Shown here one piece after another: positions 14,918 to 15,493 of a stretch of 15,493 bases of DNA. The notes under the pieces were generated by a model that made no database searches, was not told the DNA's origin, and was given only the letters and a program-made list of their open reading frames with translations. This stretch comes from an uncultured archaeon (GTDB taxonomy: Archaea; Asgardarchaeota; Lokiarchaeia; Sigyniarchaeales; SOKP01): NCBI GenBank assembly GCA_964447495.1, contig CAYUTF010000008.1:6935-22427 (forward strand), in the 5' to 3' direction. Positions within the stretch are counted from its first letter, which is position 1, and every line of letters begins with the position of its first letter. The position numbers and the translations under genes are program-made.

Positions 14918-15301
14918 ATGGCTAATATAGATAAATTTTTACCGTTGACTGGTAAAGAACCACCACCAGGTTGGAGAAGACGTGTTGATGGTTTATCTGC
15001 TTTCTATCATGGGGTATGGGATAATGAGAAAAAGCAGATGAGAGTGATAATATCGTATTCTAATGAATACGGTGATGGTAAATGGTGGTACCATGTTTCA
15101 GTATCTCATCGAAAAAGAATTATTACCTATGATGAATTAACATATGTGAAGAGGCATTGGGTTGGAGATGACCATAAAGCTATTATGGTGCTTCCTGAAA
15201 AATCAAAACATGTGAATATACATTCAAATTGTCTTCATTTGTTTTGTTGTCTTGATGGAGATCCTTTGCCTGATTTTACTGGAGGTATTGGTACGATATG
15301 A
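14918..15301 (+). CDS. conserved phage protein of unknown function (DUF7694-like, recalled)
   Basis: AAGGT RBS; WYHVSVS...TYDEL..VK...HVNIHSNCLHL His-rich motif. Confidence 0.75.
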   Translation: MANIDKFLPLTGKEPPPGWRRRVDGLSAFYHGVWDNEKKQMRVIISYSNEYGDGKWWYHVSVSHRKRIITYDELTYVKRHWVGDDHKAIMVLPEKSKHVNIHSNCLHLFCCLDGDPLPDFTGGIGTI

Positions 15302-15493
15302 CAAAAGAATTTCATGTTGAAACTGGAATATTGACGGAAGTTAAAACATTTAAGGTAGTTTTGACTGCTGTTATAGAAAAACCATTTAGTTCTTTTGGTG
15401 AGTATAGAGATGACCATGAACATTCGCGTAGTGGAGATCTGCAATCTTATTGTTTTATGTGTTCTAGATTGTTTAAAAATGAAGACAATATAT
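15298..15493 (+). CDS. hypothetical protein, 3'-truncated
   Basis: ATGA overlap at 15298 with GGAGGT upstream; open to the window end (MTKEFHVETG...CFMCSRLFKNEDNI). Confidence 0.6.
   Translation, partial: MTKEFHVETGILTEVKTFKVVLTAVIEKPFSSFGEYRDDHEHSRSGDLQSYCFMCSRLFKNEDNI

Larger units (their letters stand above)
1..15493 (+). mobile_element. Segment of a large bacteriophage/prophage genome (early/accessory and nucleotide metabolism region)
   Basis: About 50 short, tightly packed, co-directional ORFs, mostly hypothetical, interspersed with thyX, dCMP deaminase, QueC-like and radical SAM genes. No housekeeping operon structure. No full-length structural gene in the window, so phage origin is inferred. 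Confidence 0.85.

Noticed and set aside
700-15444. All minus-strand ORFs in the track
   Set aside because: They are antisense shadows of well-coupled + strand genes, lack RBS or motifs, and have atypical composition.

Overview
AT-rich window (roughly 30% GC by eye, C-poor on the + strand) densely packed with short, co-oriented + strand ORFs that often overlap at start/stop codons. It looks like the early/accessory and nucleotide-metabolism region of a large bacteriophage or prophage read in the standard code. Recognisable genes are a class B-like radical SAM enzyme, a dCMP deaminase with an extra N-terminal zinc ribbon, a divergent QueC-like PP-loop ATPase and the flavin-dependent thymidylate synthase ThyX. 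About 45 other ORFs are hypothetical, many of them Cys-rich. Two non-coding patterns stand out. Three sigma70-type promoters share GTTGACAAA-N14/15-TAATATAT. An exact 18-bp element CGAACTCGAGTTCGCAAA occurs three times; its core is a perfect palindrome shaped like a Gram-positive LexA box, and two copies fill the gap between a stop codon and the next RBS. An unannotated 56-aa ORF resembles the clip segment of T4-like portal proteins. No tRNA, rRNA, CRISPR array, integrase or full-length structural gene was seen. All family calls come from motif recognition, not database searches.
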